Notes under the pieces: generated by a model | What the model was told of the DNA's origin: nothing | The model's database searches: none | The model's input: only the letters and a program-made list of their open reading frames with translations | Assembly: GCA_002811645.1 (NCBI GenBank) | Contig: PDIP01000079.1 | Location: 81,576 to 145,575 of the forward strand | Direction of reading: 5' to 3' | Length of the DNA stretch: 64,000 bases | From: Corallochytrium limacisporum Hawaii | Lineage: Eukaryota > Protista > Pluriformea | In this document: positions 35,537 to 47,061 of the stretch, one piece after another | How the letters are laid out: the number at the start of each line of letters is the position of its first letter | Position numbering within the stretch: the stretch's first letter is position 1 | Translations under genes and position numbers: made by a program

Positions 35537-37732
35537 AAACATACAGAGGCATAGAGGCACACAGACCTTTCGCCCGCTAGGAAGCACGCCCCACCCCCCA
35601 TAGAAATCAAAGACACGGGTATCGATTCTGGAGTACACAGCGATTGTACTGAAAGTTTCTCTGTTTCAGTGGAATTAACAGCAGGGATTGGAGCGCTCTC
35701 GAACCCATTGATCACTCACCGTTCGCAATTGCGAACATGGTGCAGCAGTACTCTCCTTTATCTCCATAGTAAACTCATTCAATTATGTGCAATGCGGTAA
35801 GACGTATTGTTAGAGTGGGAGTCCTAGCGCCATCGATCACTGTCATCGGTGGGAAGGTGAAACAAATAGAATTATAATGGGAGAGGTGTGACTGTGCCGC
35901 TATTCCTAAGGGACTGCACCAAAACACTCAGCGCGGGGCGCGTCTTGCCCGTTTGTCGCACAGTGGAGAAAGGATTCTGACTGTGCAGGAGGGTTGGCGA
36001 AGGGCGGGTGTTTTACCAAAAGGGACCCCCTCCTGAGAAGATCGAGCTCACTTTGGGGTGGAGAACCCCGAGTGTTGGTGATTGTCTCGTGATTCTGAGT
36101 GCACCAAGAACCACTGCGCCTTTTTTTTACTTGTTACCCGTCCCAACAGCGTGGTTCATTGGTGAGCAACAATGCACCTGTTTTCTTCACACGGGGCTAA
36201 CGAACTGCTCTCCCAGTCAACTGCCGCGCCGCCGTATGGCAGCAACGGCAAAAAGCCAACCCACAAACAGAAAACACAGCGGAGCTGTAAAGAAAACAAA
36301 AGGCCCAGCGGATCACTGGTGCAAGCGTGAGTGTGTTTACTTGCTTCAAAAAACCCCCCCCCCCCCTCCCTCCCTCTCCCTTCCCCACAAATCTTGCTCC
36401 TTCCCTCTCAGCCGCAGTCAAGCCCCGAAATTGTTTTCTAAAAACCGCGTTTCCAGTGAATCGCGTTTAGACCGATGGGACGGCATACCGCAGTCCTCTG
36501 ATAAGTCTATAGTCATGGCCCATTTCCATTGTGGTTCGAACACTATCCAACCAGGTGCCTTCCCCCCAAAAAAAATATAACACCAAGAAGGGATGCCAGT
36601 GCTCCATTTCCGGTGCAGGACTCTTTTTTCAAACATTGTATCATCGTTGTAGTAAATCTTAGGTTTCTCCTTGGGCCGTTCCCGGTGTGTTTGTTTTTGT
36701 TTTGGACGGCTCTTAGAACAACTTCGGAGCGACACCAACGCGGGTTGCTATAACGGTAATTCGGTGGTAGTGGTGACTCATCAAAACTTGCAATTCCGAA
36801 TTTCCGGACTAAGAAGGTGGACTTCCTTCCTGTTTGACAGGCAGGCAGCAACGATAAACACAGCAGGCGCCCCAAGAAATGCGGACCAGGCAGTGTTGGG
36901 GACAATGCTTTCGGGCGAGCCGCTTTTCAACAAGAGTTTTTGGAACACCACTCCGGTTTTCAGCGGAACTGGCACAGTAGGCAATGAACCGAGAAGAGTT
37001 TGTCCATTCACTGTCCTGGTCAGTCATTGCTGCTTTTGTGGCTTGCCAATTCGCCATGGTCTGTGGGCTGTGTGGTTTGGAGATTTCGTAGTTCATTCAC
37101 TATCGAATTGGTTGATATGAAGATTCAGCAAGTTTCCAACAATAGAAAACTTCCTTGCAAATCCCGCTCCAGTGTCTCAGTTTTTTTTCGGCTGATGAGT
37201 GCGTTGTGTCTTTGGGTATTGGGTTTCTCCTTGCCGCAAAGGTCAAAAGGATTTCCCCAACCCTACCAAGTTTTTTTTTTGGGTGCCCTCTCACCAACTA
37301 GCCACAATGTTAAACACAGCGCTGACGGGCGTCACAGAAAAAGTTTCATGGAAGCCGCCAAGCCTCGTCCACTCAAATATCTCCACTCACTGCCTTGCCC
37401 TCTTTTCCCATAGTGTTTTCTCGTTTAAAAGTCTGGCAAAGGGGCCAGGAACTCTTAGACAGCAAAGAAACACACACATTTTCCACCTGGTGCTGAGTTC
37501 CCCATCCTTGCAGTGTGTCTCGCCCTCTCACAGCGACAGACAGAGGTGTGTGGAATCTGTGCTACTACCAAACCAAGAAACTCTAACTATTGCCCGTTCG
37601 TACACGCCGCTTTAAGGTTGAAGAAATTTCGGCTACTTATTTCACATCACAAATCACACACCGCATACGTTCCCATGCACACCGTGAATCTCTTCTCCCC
37701 CTCCCACCCTTTTCCTGTATTATGCTCTCTAT

Positions 37733-37781
37733 AACCACCACCACCACCACCACCGCGCGCTCTCTCTCTCTCTCTCTCTCT
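37733..37781. repeat. (ACC)n and (CT)n microsatellites
   Basis: Direct reading. Confidence 0.9.
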
Positions 37782-38483
37782 CGCCAACATCTCTCTGTGG
37801 TCTTCACATACTCTCGCGTTACCGGGACCGGAGTTTGCAAAATAATAAAGAAAAAAAAACACGAGGCATCATGTAGAGATGGAAAGGGAGGCGGGGGGCT
37901 ACCGTAGAGCACGTATGCTAATAGTACGGGAGCAAGAAAAAGACCGTGCCATTATTGCAGAGCTCCTCCAAACAAATTGAAACATTTTCTCGGAAACAAA
38001 AGCCGAGCTGTATCAATGCAACTAACGCAATAAAGTACTTTCAATATGGATAAAAATATCGCTGACCGTTCAACACCACCCCAACTCTCGTTGGTCGGAG
38101 GGTAAAAAATTCCGACTGTCTCCATGCTTCTGGTAATTCACCGCCTTCCTTCGTCTCTATCGCGGGGACACGAGATGGGTCACTAATACGATCATCCCAT
38201 AGCCCCGCAATCAAACTAGAACCACGCTGTTCGTACTCTGTACCTAGCGCTATGTACTACGTCTGCCACCCTGTGCGTGCGTACGATCGTTCCATTCTAC
38301 TACCGGTGCCCAGCGGGTTCCCACACACTATCTGTGTGTCCATACTGAACGGACCGTAATTTTGTCTCCGTTGCAGCGAGGTAAGAATGGGTGTGGTATA
38401 AATGAAGCGAGCTTACAAGCTCACGGCAACAATATAGCACGGGGTGCACCTGGTCTCTCAAGTTTATCGGGTTCTCTACGTCC

Positions 38484-38484
38484 C

Positions 38485-38540
<56 letters not shown>

Positions 38541-38630
38541 CCTCGCTCTCGCCCTCCCCACCCAAACTCACTCGACACACACACACACACACACACTCTC
38601 TCTCTCTCTCTCTTTCTTCTCTCTCTCGCG
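38484..38630. repeat. Compound (CTCG)n/(CT)n/(CA)n microsatellite
   Basis: Direct reading. Confidence 0.92.
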
Positions 38631-41399
38631 CTCTCCGCCCTCCTGTCTACCAACAAAACCGGTTGCCCGCCCGTGCAAAAAATGCTGGCCATCGTTCGCC
38701 ATCGTCGACGCTTATCTCTCTGTCTCATCAAAACAAATTAGGCTGGGGAGCAGGGCCCGTGATGCATGTCACCACAAGAAAGAGACAGCAGAGGGAGGGT
38801 GTGATCGATCGAGTCGTCTATTGCACCAATTCTGGTCCTCGTCGCAAGTCGCTGGTTAGAAACGACAGCCATTGCAGATTGTTTCTAGAACATTCAGTAT
38901 GTGGATTGACCCAGTGGTTGTCAGCACCCAAAGTTCCCTCCCTATCTCTCTGCAGCATCCTTCCGCGTGGAAAGAGGTTGGCGCATAGCGGGAAGGAGGC
39001 GGCGCGCACCGCAGACGCCGAAGCCCTTTAACATGGTGGCGATGCTACGCAGAGATTACGATATTTACCTAGTATTTGAAAGGAAGCTGGGTATTCTCCG
39101 TGACTGATAACCAAAAACACGTCCTTAATAATCGGCGAATACACTTGAGACGACGACATTCTAAGCCACACACATCCCGGACCGGCACAATTCCGATTCC
39201 CGTCTTTCCCATTTTCCACCACATCCAACGATCTTGCCAGCCAGGCCTTTGGCTTTTGTGACCAATGCACATCGTTCCCCATGCTTCGCCTGTTTGTACA
39301 GAATACAAAGCACAGGTCTCGGATCAGCCCAACTGGCCCTGGCCAGAGACACATTTGCCGCGGGTCTCTATGACAGTAGCCCTTCCTATCCTGCCTGCAC
39401 CGCCCTCTGCTGATCGTTCGGGACCGGATGGCCACATAACGTTCTCAGATCGGGGTTTCGGTCCCGTTCTGTATTTTTAGCTCATCTTTTGAAAAAGAGA
39501 AGGGGGGGGGGTCGCGCTGGCTTTTGCCAAGGGTCGTAGCGAATAAAACCCTCATCTCTCTCGTTTGCTATGTTAACCCCTTCCGAGGGGGAGTGTTCGG
39601 GGCAGGGACCAGCGCGGAGCCGGTGAAAAACGAGGTTGAGAAGGGGAGGGGGGTCTGCTGATGTCCTCCGAGCTCCAGCAAGGGGTATCAGGTTAGCCAC
39701 CACCCGCCGGATCCCTGCCCCTTTGGCCAGCTGACCACCAATATTTTCTTCTCCTCTTCTGTTGTTAACCTTCGCGGCCGTACTCCTTTCTTCGCCGCCC
39801 GACCGGCGAGACCGCAAAACCCAAAGGAAAACCCAGGAGCCATACGAGAAGAACGATGTGTAGTAGCAAAGGGGAGGGAGCCGCGGTGGGGGGGGGGAAG
39901 AGAGGACAGGCAAAACCTCGGGGGACCCAATGGCCTCACCACGTCGAGCAACGCAAGGTTCAGATTCTTGGGGAAACGTTCAATGCTTGAGAAGGTTCCC
40001 AACGGTTGTGTTTCAACTGAAATGGTTCAGAAATTGGTAAAATTTTTTCAAGCTTCTCTAATTACACACCACTATACATAATGTAGGGACCCCGCTCACC
40101 AAAACGTGTGAAACCGTGTTCCAACCTCCTGGCCCTTCTGGCAATGAGGTCACAAGAGCACATGTAACGGACCCGTACACACACACCCTTTGCTCGCGAG
40201 CGCGCTGATGGGAAAAAAAATCAAATGGAGACCTTGGGATGCCCCTCGTTTCTTCGGCCTGTGAATCAAGGTTGCTGCACACGGACACACGGAACGTGAC
40301 CGAATCAAATAGTGCTATACAGTTAGTACTAAAATCAGGTGTTTGTATGTTTCATTCGCCTTTGGCATGATGGGATCGGGTGCCCCTCTGCCGCTCTGAA
40401 ATTTTGGGGAGAGATCCCGCAGAAACCCCCCTCCCCCTTTTTCTCCTTGTCCACCTCCGAGGTGTATACGGAACGATGGAAGGAACAGGGGCCTGGTTTT
40501 TCCGTACATTGAATACGGCAGTGAGCACTGCGGGTGATGTGGCGGTTCAGAACTGGTTGGGGGGGACAGGGAATTCCCCGTAGTAGGGAGGAATCCTAAT
40601 GGGCCGCCGGGGGTGTGGAGGAAGGGAGGAAGAAGGGAAGCGGGGAAGGGGAGGAGGGGAACCCGAGGGGGTGGGGGGAAGAAAGGGGAAACCAAAAGGG
40701 TGAGCTCAGGTCAGCAAAGAGGGATGGAGGAAGAAAAAGGGAAGGGAAGGGGGGGGAGGGAGGGGAAAGGGGGAAAAGGGGGGAAGGAGGCCGCACGAAA
40801 CCGCGAGGGAGAAAGGGAGGTGCTGTAGTCACAGTACCGAATGGGTGCCCTTCCTTGGTTCCTGTCCTCCGCGAGACCAGCGGAGACGGAAGGGACGGAG
40901 AACGTGGAGGGCGAGGGGGACGAGAAGAGAAACTGATATCGTCTGCAGTGTATTGTGTATAGGAGACGGAAATGATGAGAGAACCAACGCGCGAAAGATC
41001 CTCCCGGCCACTGCCAATTCCTCTCCCCCTCTTTGTGCCAAGTGTCTGGTGTGGCACCGAAACTGGTGCCTTGTGCAGTTTGAGACACGAGAAAGTTCAT
41101 GTTTTTGGACAGGTTCTGTCTGTTAAGGGTAGATAGATTAATAGGAAGGGCCAAGAATAAACAGACACACCTCATGAGACGCAAGTGACGAACGCGAGAT
41201 TGTACCAACTAAATGGTCGAACCCAAGACTACCAAACGTATTTAAGCCATCCCAACCAATATAGTGTGGACAATCGAGATCTCATCCCTAAGTAGTTACT
41301 TAAAGCGAGATACATAGAATGCGCACAAAGCCTTTTAGTAGAAGCGGAGTATTGCTACCACCAATAATAGAACAAGCCGACCACTCACATACAACAAAG

Positions 41400-41681
41400 A
41401 TGCTGTCCCCTGCCCTGAAATCCGCAGGCTCCAGCCGCGATAACTCTCCTGCGAGCTCTCGCCGCAACAGCCAACAGAACAAGCGTCGTGTTAGCTTCAA
41501 CGAGGCCAAGATGGTCTTGGAGACATACGATAACAATGTGTACAACCGCGAGTCTTGGAATATTATCCCCAATGTGGAACACCTCGACGAGATCAAGATG
41601 GAGCTGACCTGGTACAAGCGGCTCGAAATGCCCGTGCACCCCGACAGCATTCAGTACATCAGCTGGCCGAACCTAGAGTGA
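41400..41681 (+). CDS. Small PP1-binding protein of Phactr/Bni4/neurabin C-terminal type (93 aa; an upstream in-frame ATG at 41319 gives 120 aa)
   Basis: KRRVSF (RVxF), V.ETY....Y.R, IKMEL..YK..EMPVH..S; A-rich context ACAACAAAG-ATG; C/G-ending codon bias like the other well-expressed genes here. Confidence 0.8.
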   Translation: MLSPALKSAGSSRDNSPASSRRNSQQNKRRVSFNEAKMVLETYDNNVYNRESWNIIPNVEHLDEIKMELTWYKRLEMPVHPDSIQYISWPNLE

Positions 41682-42974
41682 ATAGCTCTAATCGGCGTAT
41701 GAAAAAACAAAGAAAATCACAAAAATGATTAGCATTTACTTTGAACGGTAATAGTCAATTCCCTGGTAACCCCAGAGTCTGCCAGCAGCGCAGTAGAATC
41801 ACCAGTCGGACATCCAAGTTCATCCACATATAATCAACAAAAAAACACACCAGCTGGGCTGAATTGTGCCACATTTCCATCACATCTTATCCATTCATGC
41901 ATATATAATTATATCAAGACATCCATAGCATCATCACATTCATTGTAGTCTCTCACAGTCAGCAACTCCTAAATGCTCAACACCATGTCATTTGATCATT
42001 CTACACCATAGGGTTCATCCGGAACCATGTACCCTTCCCCCCCCCCCCTAGAAAAGTTTTGCATAACCCGCAAACAGGGTTTCCACGGAGTGATCCTGTC
42101 CCATACTGCTTGGTACTTAAGGATACAGTAATAAGGTGAAGGAAAGAAAATGGGGGTGGGGAGGCAGAGAGGGTGTACCGGGGGGGGGGGTTGGCTTTGC
42201 CCGTCCAGCTTACGGCATTGCTACCTTGGAAAGCCCGTTTCCTCCCTCTCCTTTGTGTCAGTATTATGACGGACGGTCCAATGTTTATACGCCGGGCCAG
42301 TTGGACGGTGCGGTTCCCACCCGTCTTGGCACTTTCCCTATGGAAAATGTACGAAAAATGTGGGGCCAGATGCCCCGACTCCCGTACTGAATGTACTATT
42401 CCCTTATGAATGTATAGAAAAATTAGCGTCAACCCCCCCTTGGGAAAATAGACTCCCACCATGTGATTTTGGTGGGGAACGCCTTTGAAGTCTTTTGAAA
42501 ACCAAACGGGCAATAACGCTCCGTTCCATGCAATTATTGATCCAATTGAAAATAAATAATATTGATTTATTGTAAGATTCGCGAAACACATTAGTTTTTA
42601 AATGTTAATTTAGGAATGAAGAGGGGCCCTCCCAAAAAGGGGCCCCGGGGGGGGGAGGGGCCGAGTCCGCTTGGAAAGAGTCTGCGGATTAACCTCATAC
42701 CAACCCTTACGCAGCCCAGCCAAAGAGGGGGGGGGAGCAAGGGCGGCCGGACTGTGTAAGGAAGAAAGGGCGGGGTGGGGGGGTTGGCAGATACTGGCTT
42801 TTCCGGCCCAATGATGCCACACCAAACGGAGATGATCAGGAGACTGACGGTTTGGGTGCGTCAGCAATACCAGGCTGAAAAGAGAATACCATAAGCGACC
42901 GACCATGGGCCAGTATGAGAAAGTTGTCAAGGCCCATTATCTATCGCAAACGTATGTGAGATCTTGTAGGGAAG

Positions 42975-43051
42975 ATGACCCAGCTGCTACCAACCGGAGA
43001 AAGCAAGTAGTCAGGAACGAGGCCGAACCGGCCTCCCTGGCAGCGGGTCAT
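42975..43051 (+). promoter_or_regulatory. Predicted three-way-junction RNA with uAUGs just upstream of the GNAT start codon
   Basis: ATGACCC.GCTG/CAGC.GGGTCAT, CTAC/GTAG, TCAGG..GAGGCC/GGCCTC.CCTGG. Confidence 0.4.
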
Positions 43052-43092
43052 GTTTCGTTTGGTCGCTGATTGCATAACTATAGAAACAGTCA

Positions 43093-43755
43093 ATGGCTTA
43101 CTTCATGAAAGCCTCCGGGCCGCGGGTGGACCGCAGCCAAATGACCTACCTTCCGGCTACTTTCACTGATAAGACAGGGGCCACGGTCGTCCTGGATTTC
43201 TATGACGCTGCTCGGGACGAGGAAATTCTGTACTTGATCTTCAAAGACATTGTTGAGGATGGTATGACCTATCCGCAAGAGACATTAGATACCATCGATG
43301 AATTCCGTGCCTACTACTGCACCCATGACGTCTTTGTGATACGCGACGGAAGTTCCAAGGGAGAAGCTATCGGAGGTTTTTATGTTAAGCCCAATTTTCC
43401 GGGACGATCTTCTCACCTCTGCAACGCCGGATTCATCGTACACAAAGCACAGAGACGACGCGGTTTGGCTCGGATCATGTGCCATGCCTATCCGAAGATA
43501 GCAGTCGACCTCGACTATGAGGGATCGTTTTTCAATCTCGTGTACATGTGTCAGCCGTACGCTGTGCCATTCTACGAATCCATGGGCTTCAGGGTCCTAT
43601 CCATCCTGCCCAAAGCAGGCCGAATGAAAGAATTCGAACAAAACGGATACTCCGACGCCGCCCAAATGTACGCGGATTTTGCTGTGGACTTCGGCACGGA
43701 TTTGAAGGCAGTGGATTTTGGAGCGTGGATGAAAAGTATGCGCAGAGCATCTTGA
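43093..43755 (+). CDS. GNAT N-acetyltransferase, Mpr1/Ppr1/Spt10-like
   Basis: IVEDGMTYPQ, FRAYY, GGFYVKPNFPGRSSHLCNAGFIV, RRRGLA, LDYEGSFFNLVY, GF....LP.AG. Confidence 0.9.
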   Translation: MAYFMKASGPRVDRSQMTYLPATFTDKTGATVVLDFYDAARDEEILYLIFKDIVEDGMTYPQETLDTIDEFRAYYCTHDVFVIRDGSSKGEAIGGFYVKPNFPGRSSHLCNAGFIVHKAQRRRGLARIMCHAYPKIAVDLDYEGSFFNLVYMCQPYAVPFYESMGFRVLSILPKAGRMKEFEQNGYSDAAQMYADFAVDFGTDLKAVDFGAWMKSMRRAS

Positions 43756-43859
43756 TGTCCGTCGCCATGATTTGACACAATCAAGGATTTGCACCCTAAG
43801 CAAGTCAACGGTGAATTCCTCAACATGGAATGATTAGACTCTTTGTAACTTATGTAGAT

Positions 43860-44858
43860 TTAATCGAACGTGATTTTGGTGCCCTGGTAAGTGGCCGAAG
43901 CCGCGGCCGCTTCCTTGGCACGCATTGCTGTCTTGGCCTGCCAAGACGGGTGCATTTGCTGAACTTTGCCCCTTACTTTCTTTTCGTCGTTGTCTTTAGC
44001 AAGCTTTGTTCCTGCCTGATCTCGACCACCGCTGCGGGTCGTGACCTTGCGGTCGGCCCGCTCTGTGCGTGCGCGCTTGGACTCCGACGCCTGCGTCGGC
44101 TTTCCCGCTTGCTGCTCACTGTCCCTAATGGTTCGCTTCATGCTCTTCCGCGCAGCAAACGCTGCTTCACCAGCATCCTCTGGCTCATTCGCGCCGCGGT
44201 TGTTATTGGTATCATCACCTGTTTGGTTTTTCGATTTCTTAGACTGTTTCACTTCCAGCTTGGGCATGTCCTGCACTGAGGTGGACGTTTTTTCTACCTG
44301 ACGGTACTTTTCCAGTGCCAATTTTACCTGAGGATGCTGTGTGACTACCCTCAAGGCCCGTTCTGAGGCTGCATTTTTGTCGTTGCCCTTCTGTGCCGAT
44401 GAGCTATGGACCTTCTTGTCAGCATCTAGGATCTTCACCAAAACGCTGTCCACGGTTAGATCGTCTTTAATTGCAGACAATTCAGCCTCTGCCCGCCTAA
44501 CAGCCTTCATACGATTCTTTTTAGCTGAGTCAGGTAGCTCGTCGACGTTCTCCTTCAGCTTCTTTAGTTTGCTTGCCACTGATGCTAGATGAGCACCCCT
44601 AGCCTTCTTTAGAGACGAACGCAAGGACTTCAGCCTCTGGTGGACTTTCGCATCCTTCGATTGCTTCACTAAAGCCTCCAAATCTGCCACAGCGCTTTCA
44701 TCAGTGGTCAATTCTACGGAAGAGTTTTCGGTAGGTTTTGATCCTTTGTCCTTGGATTTGCTTCGAACAGCCCTTTCAGCCAGGGCGATTTCTGGCTTGA
44801 TACCGGCCTTTGCCTGGGCTTTGCTAAGCTCCCACTTCAGGTTCTTTGGCTTTGGCAT
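43860..44858 (-). CDS. BUD22: BUD22/SRFBP1 family ribosome-biogenesis protein
   Basis: Lys-rich protein ending in MHPSWQAK...YQGTKITFD. Confidence 0.88.
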   Translation of the reverse strand: MPKPKNLKWELSKAQAKAGIKPEIALAERAVRSKSKDKGSKPTENSSVELTTDESAVADLEALVKQSKDAKVHQRLKSLRSSLKKARGAHLASVASKLKKLKENVDELPDSAKKNRMKAVRRAEAELSAIKDDLTVDSVLVKILDADKKVHSSSAQKGNDKNAASERALRVVTQHPQVKLALEKYRQVEKTSTSVQDMPKLEVKQSKKSKNQTGDDTNNNRGANEPEDAGEAAFAARKSMKRTIRDSEQQAGKPTQASESKRARTERADRKVTTRSGGRDQAGTKLAKDNDEKKVRGKVQQMHPSWQAKTAMRAKEAAAASATYQGTKITFD

Positions 44859-45557
44859 GATTACACTACCATCAACCAATACCCGGGCTGCTTCATGTCA
44901 TTGTGTACGATGTCTTCACCAGTACGTAGCACGCAATTTTAACCGTTCCAAAGGAACTCTGGATCCAAAGGTACTGAGAGTTGCAGTCCGAAATACCAGA
45001 CCACATGGTTTGCTAACCAACTGATCCAAGTCACACGCTCTCCATGCACATGTATACTGACATGCAGTTTGAAATGTAAACTTTCAAAGGTCTCACATTG
45101 CAAAACGGGACTCGAACACAAAGAGAAAACGGCCAAGCTTTCTCCACTGCCTGAAAATCGCGAAAGTGTGTGCCCCCAAGCGCGCGTGGGTGCCGCCCCG
45201 GCACACCATAGTCCAACAAACCCAAGGGGGGCGAGGGAGCAAGACCCGCACCCCTGTCCCTGATGAATCAGGGGCCTATTTTCCGCCTGCCAAAATGGGG
45301 CGCGCGAGAGTCAGTTTTTCGGGGTCAGTTTTGGGCGCGGTAGTTTTAGCAGCGGGGGGGGGGGGGAGGGGGACAATGCCTATTTAATCAGAGTAGCCAA
45401 TTTAATCGTGGGACAAGGGACTTCGCTCGCACGGCCAACGGACGAGAAGTTGACAACATTGCATGATACTATACAGTGTCGAGCCCTGTTTGAGCCCACG
45501 GGACACAGTAGGTCAAAGAGTTAAAGAAATATAATGTAGTTAGTTCGCACATGAACC

Positions 45558-46280
45558 ATGAACGTGTTTACTATCGCGGCCGTGGAGTACGTCTGCCAGG
45601 GATTCAGCATGGGACTAATCTTAGCCCCGGCACCTTTGTTCATTCGAGCATTGTTTCGAAGGAGCACAACAGGAGTGGACTTGAATCCATCCTTAGCCCT
45701 AGTCGGAGGTTCTTTGTGTTGGCTATACTATGGCTTTCTTAGTGATCAGCAAGTTCTTATCCAGATCAACACAATCGCATTAATTGCTGGTGGGTTCTAT
45801 GTGGCAGTGGCGCTAGCCTTCTCAGACCGAGAGGAACATTTCCTCCGCAAGTGTTTGTACACACTTGTGTTTATTGCGGTATTATTTTCAATCGTGCACT
45901 GGAGGATTGAAGAGCACCATGCAAAAGCACAATTGCTGGGGATGATTAGTGCCATGGGATCGGTTATGCTTTTCGCGGCACCCCTTGTCGACATCCGACA
46001 CATGTTGGCGGCAAAAACAACTGGAAACCTTAATTTTCAGGTGTGTTTGGTAAATTTTGGCTGTACATTAATTTGGACATACTATGGGATCTTGATAGGC
46101 GACCTCAATATCAGCATCCCTAACGGTGTCGGTCTGCTGTTCACCAGCGTGCAACTCTCACTGTTCGGAATGTTTACTCAACGAAAGTATACTCTCGCCC
46201 AACAGCGAGATGCAATCGGTATTCAGAAACACAAGCTGGGTCATGTCAACGGGAAAAGTAGACCTGGATACCTGCCATGA
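45558..46280 (+). CDS. SWEET (MtN3/saliva) sugar transporter
   Basis: Two MtN3 repeats: LAPAP.F..ALFRRSTT..W.YYG..IN; FAAPL..I.H....KTT..L.F..W..YG..IGD..I.IPN..G...QL; seven TM segments. Confidence 0.93.
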   Translation: MNVFTIAAVEYVCQGFSMGLILAPAPLFIRALFRRSTTGVDLNPSLALVGGSLCWLYYGFLSDQQVLIQINTIALIAGGFYVAVALAFSDREEHFLRKCLYTLVFIAVLFSIVHWRIEEHHAKAQLLGMISAMGSVMLFAAPLVDIRHMLAAKTTGNLNFQVCLVNFGCTLIWTYYGILIGDLNISIPNGVGLLFTSVQLSLFGMFTQRKYTLAQQRDAIGIQKHKLGHVNGKSRPGYLP

Positions 46281-47061
46281 TTGTTCCCAATTTGAAAGTG
46301 AGACTTCAAGGCAACGGCACAAACCCGCTCTTGGACACGGACATTGCCAGCCTAATTTTAATCAATATATTTAAATTGATAGCGAATCACTTGGGAATGA
46401 TTTTGCCACACGCTCAAACATTCTTCTCCCTCAGTCGTTTTTGGCGCGCAAGGCCTAAGGAAGCCCACTCCCCCCTACCCCCTCGCTTGCCGAGGCAGGG
46501 GAAGTGGATTGGTGTGGACGAGGATGCCCTTGGGAAATTGGCTGTTTGAAATATTTTCTTTGTCTTCTATAGCCAAAGTATGTCATAGAGGACTGTCGTG
46601 TTTTGCTCGGCTCTAGGTACCGGGGTTGGAGAGCGCTGGGAGGAGCCATTCTAGCTGCGTCGAGGCGTTTTTTGGTGCGTGCTGCCCAAACGCAGTGCAG
46701 GATCGTGACGGTGGAGACCATTCGCAGCGATCCAAGTGCCGGTAGGACTAGAAGTCCAGACAGAGTGTGGGCCACTGTGAGTGAAATATGAGCAGTTCAA
46801 ATGTCGTAGAGAAAAGGCGGGAAGTGCTGCCGTTTTCCATCGATCCCGTTCCTGGTTGTTTTGTGGAGACCTCCAAAGTTTTTGTGGAACCAAGGGTTCA
46901 TTTCTAGTTTGTTTTCTTTCGAAAGTGGCTGCACGTCATGCGTACCACTATGTGCAGGGAAGGTATTACACATGATGAAATGCTCGTTCCTCACTGGCAT
47001 CACTTGTTTCCTTACGCTTCAATCACTAGAGAGGCCAACGCCAATAACACAAACCACAAAC

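Noticed and set aside
35721-35736. Perfect 16-bp palindrome GTTCGCAATTGCGAAC
   Set aside because: About one such palindrome is expected by chance in 64 kb; no second copy was seen
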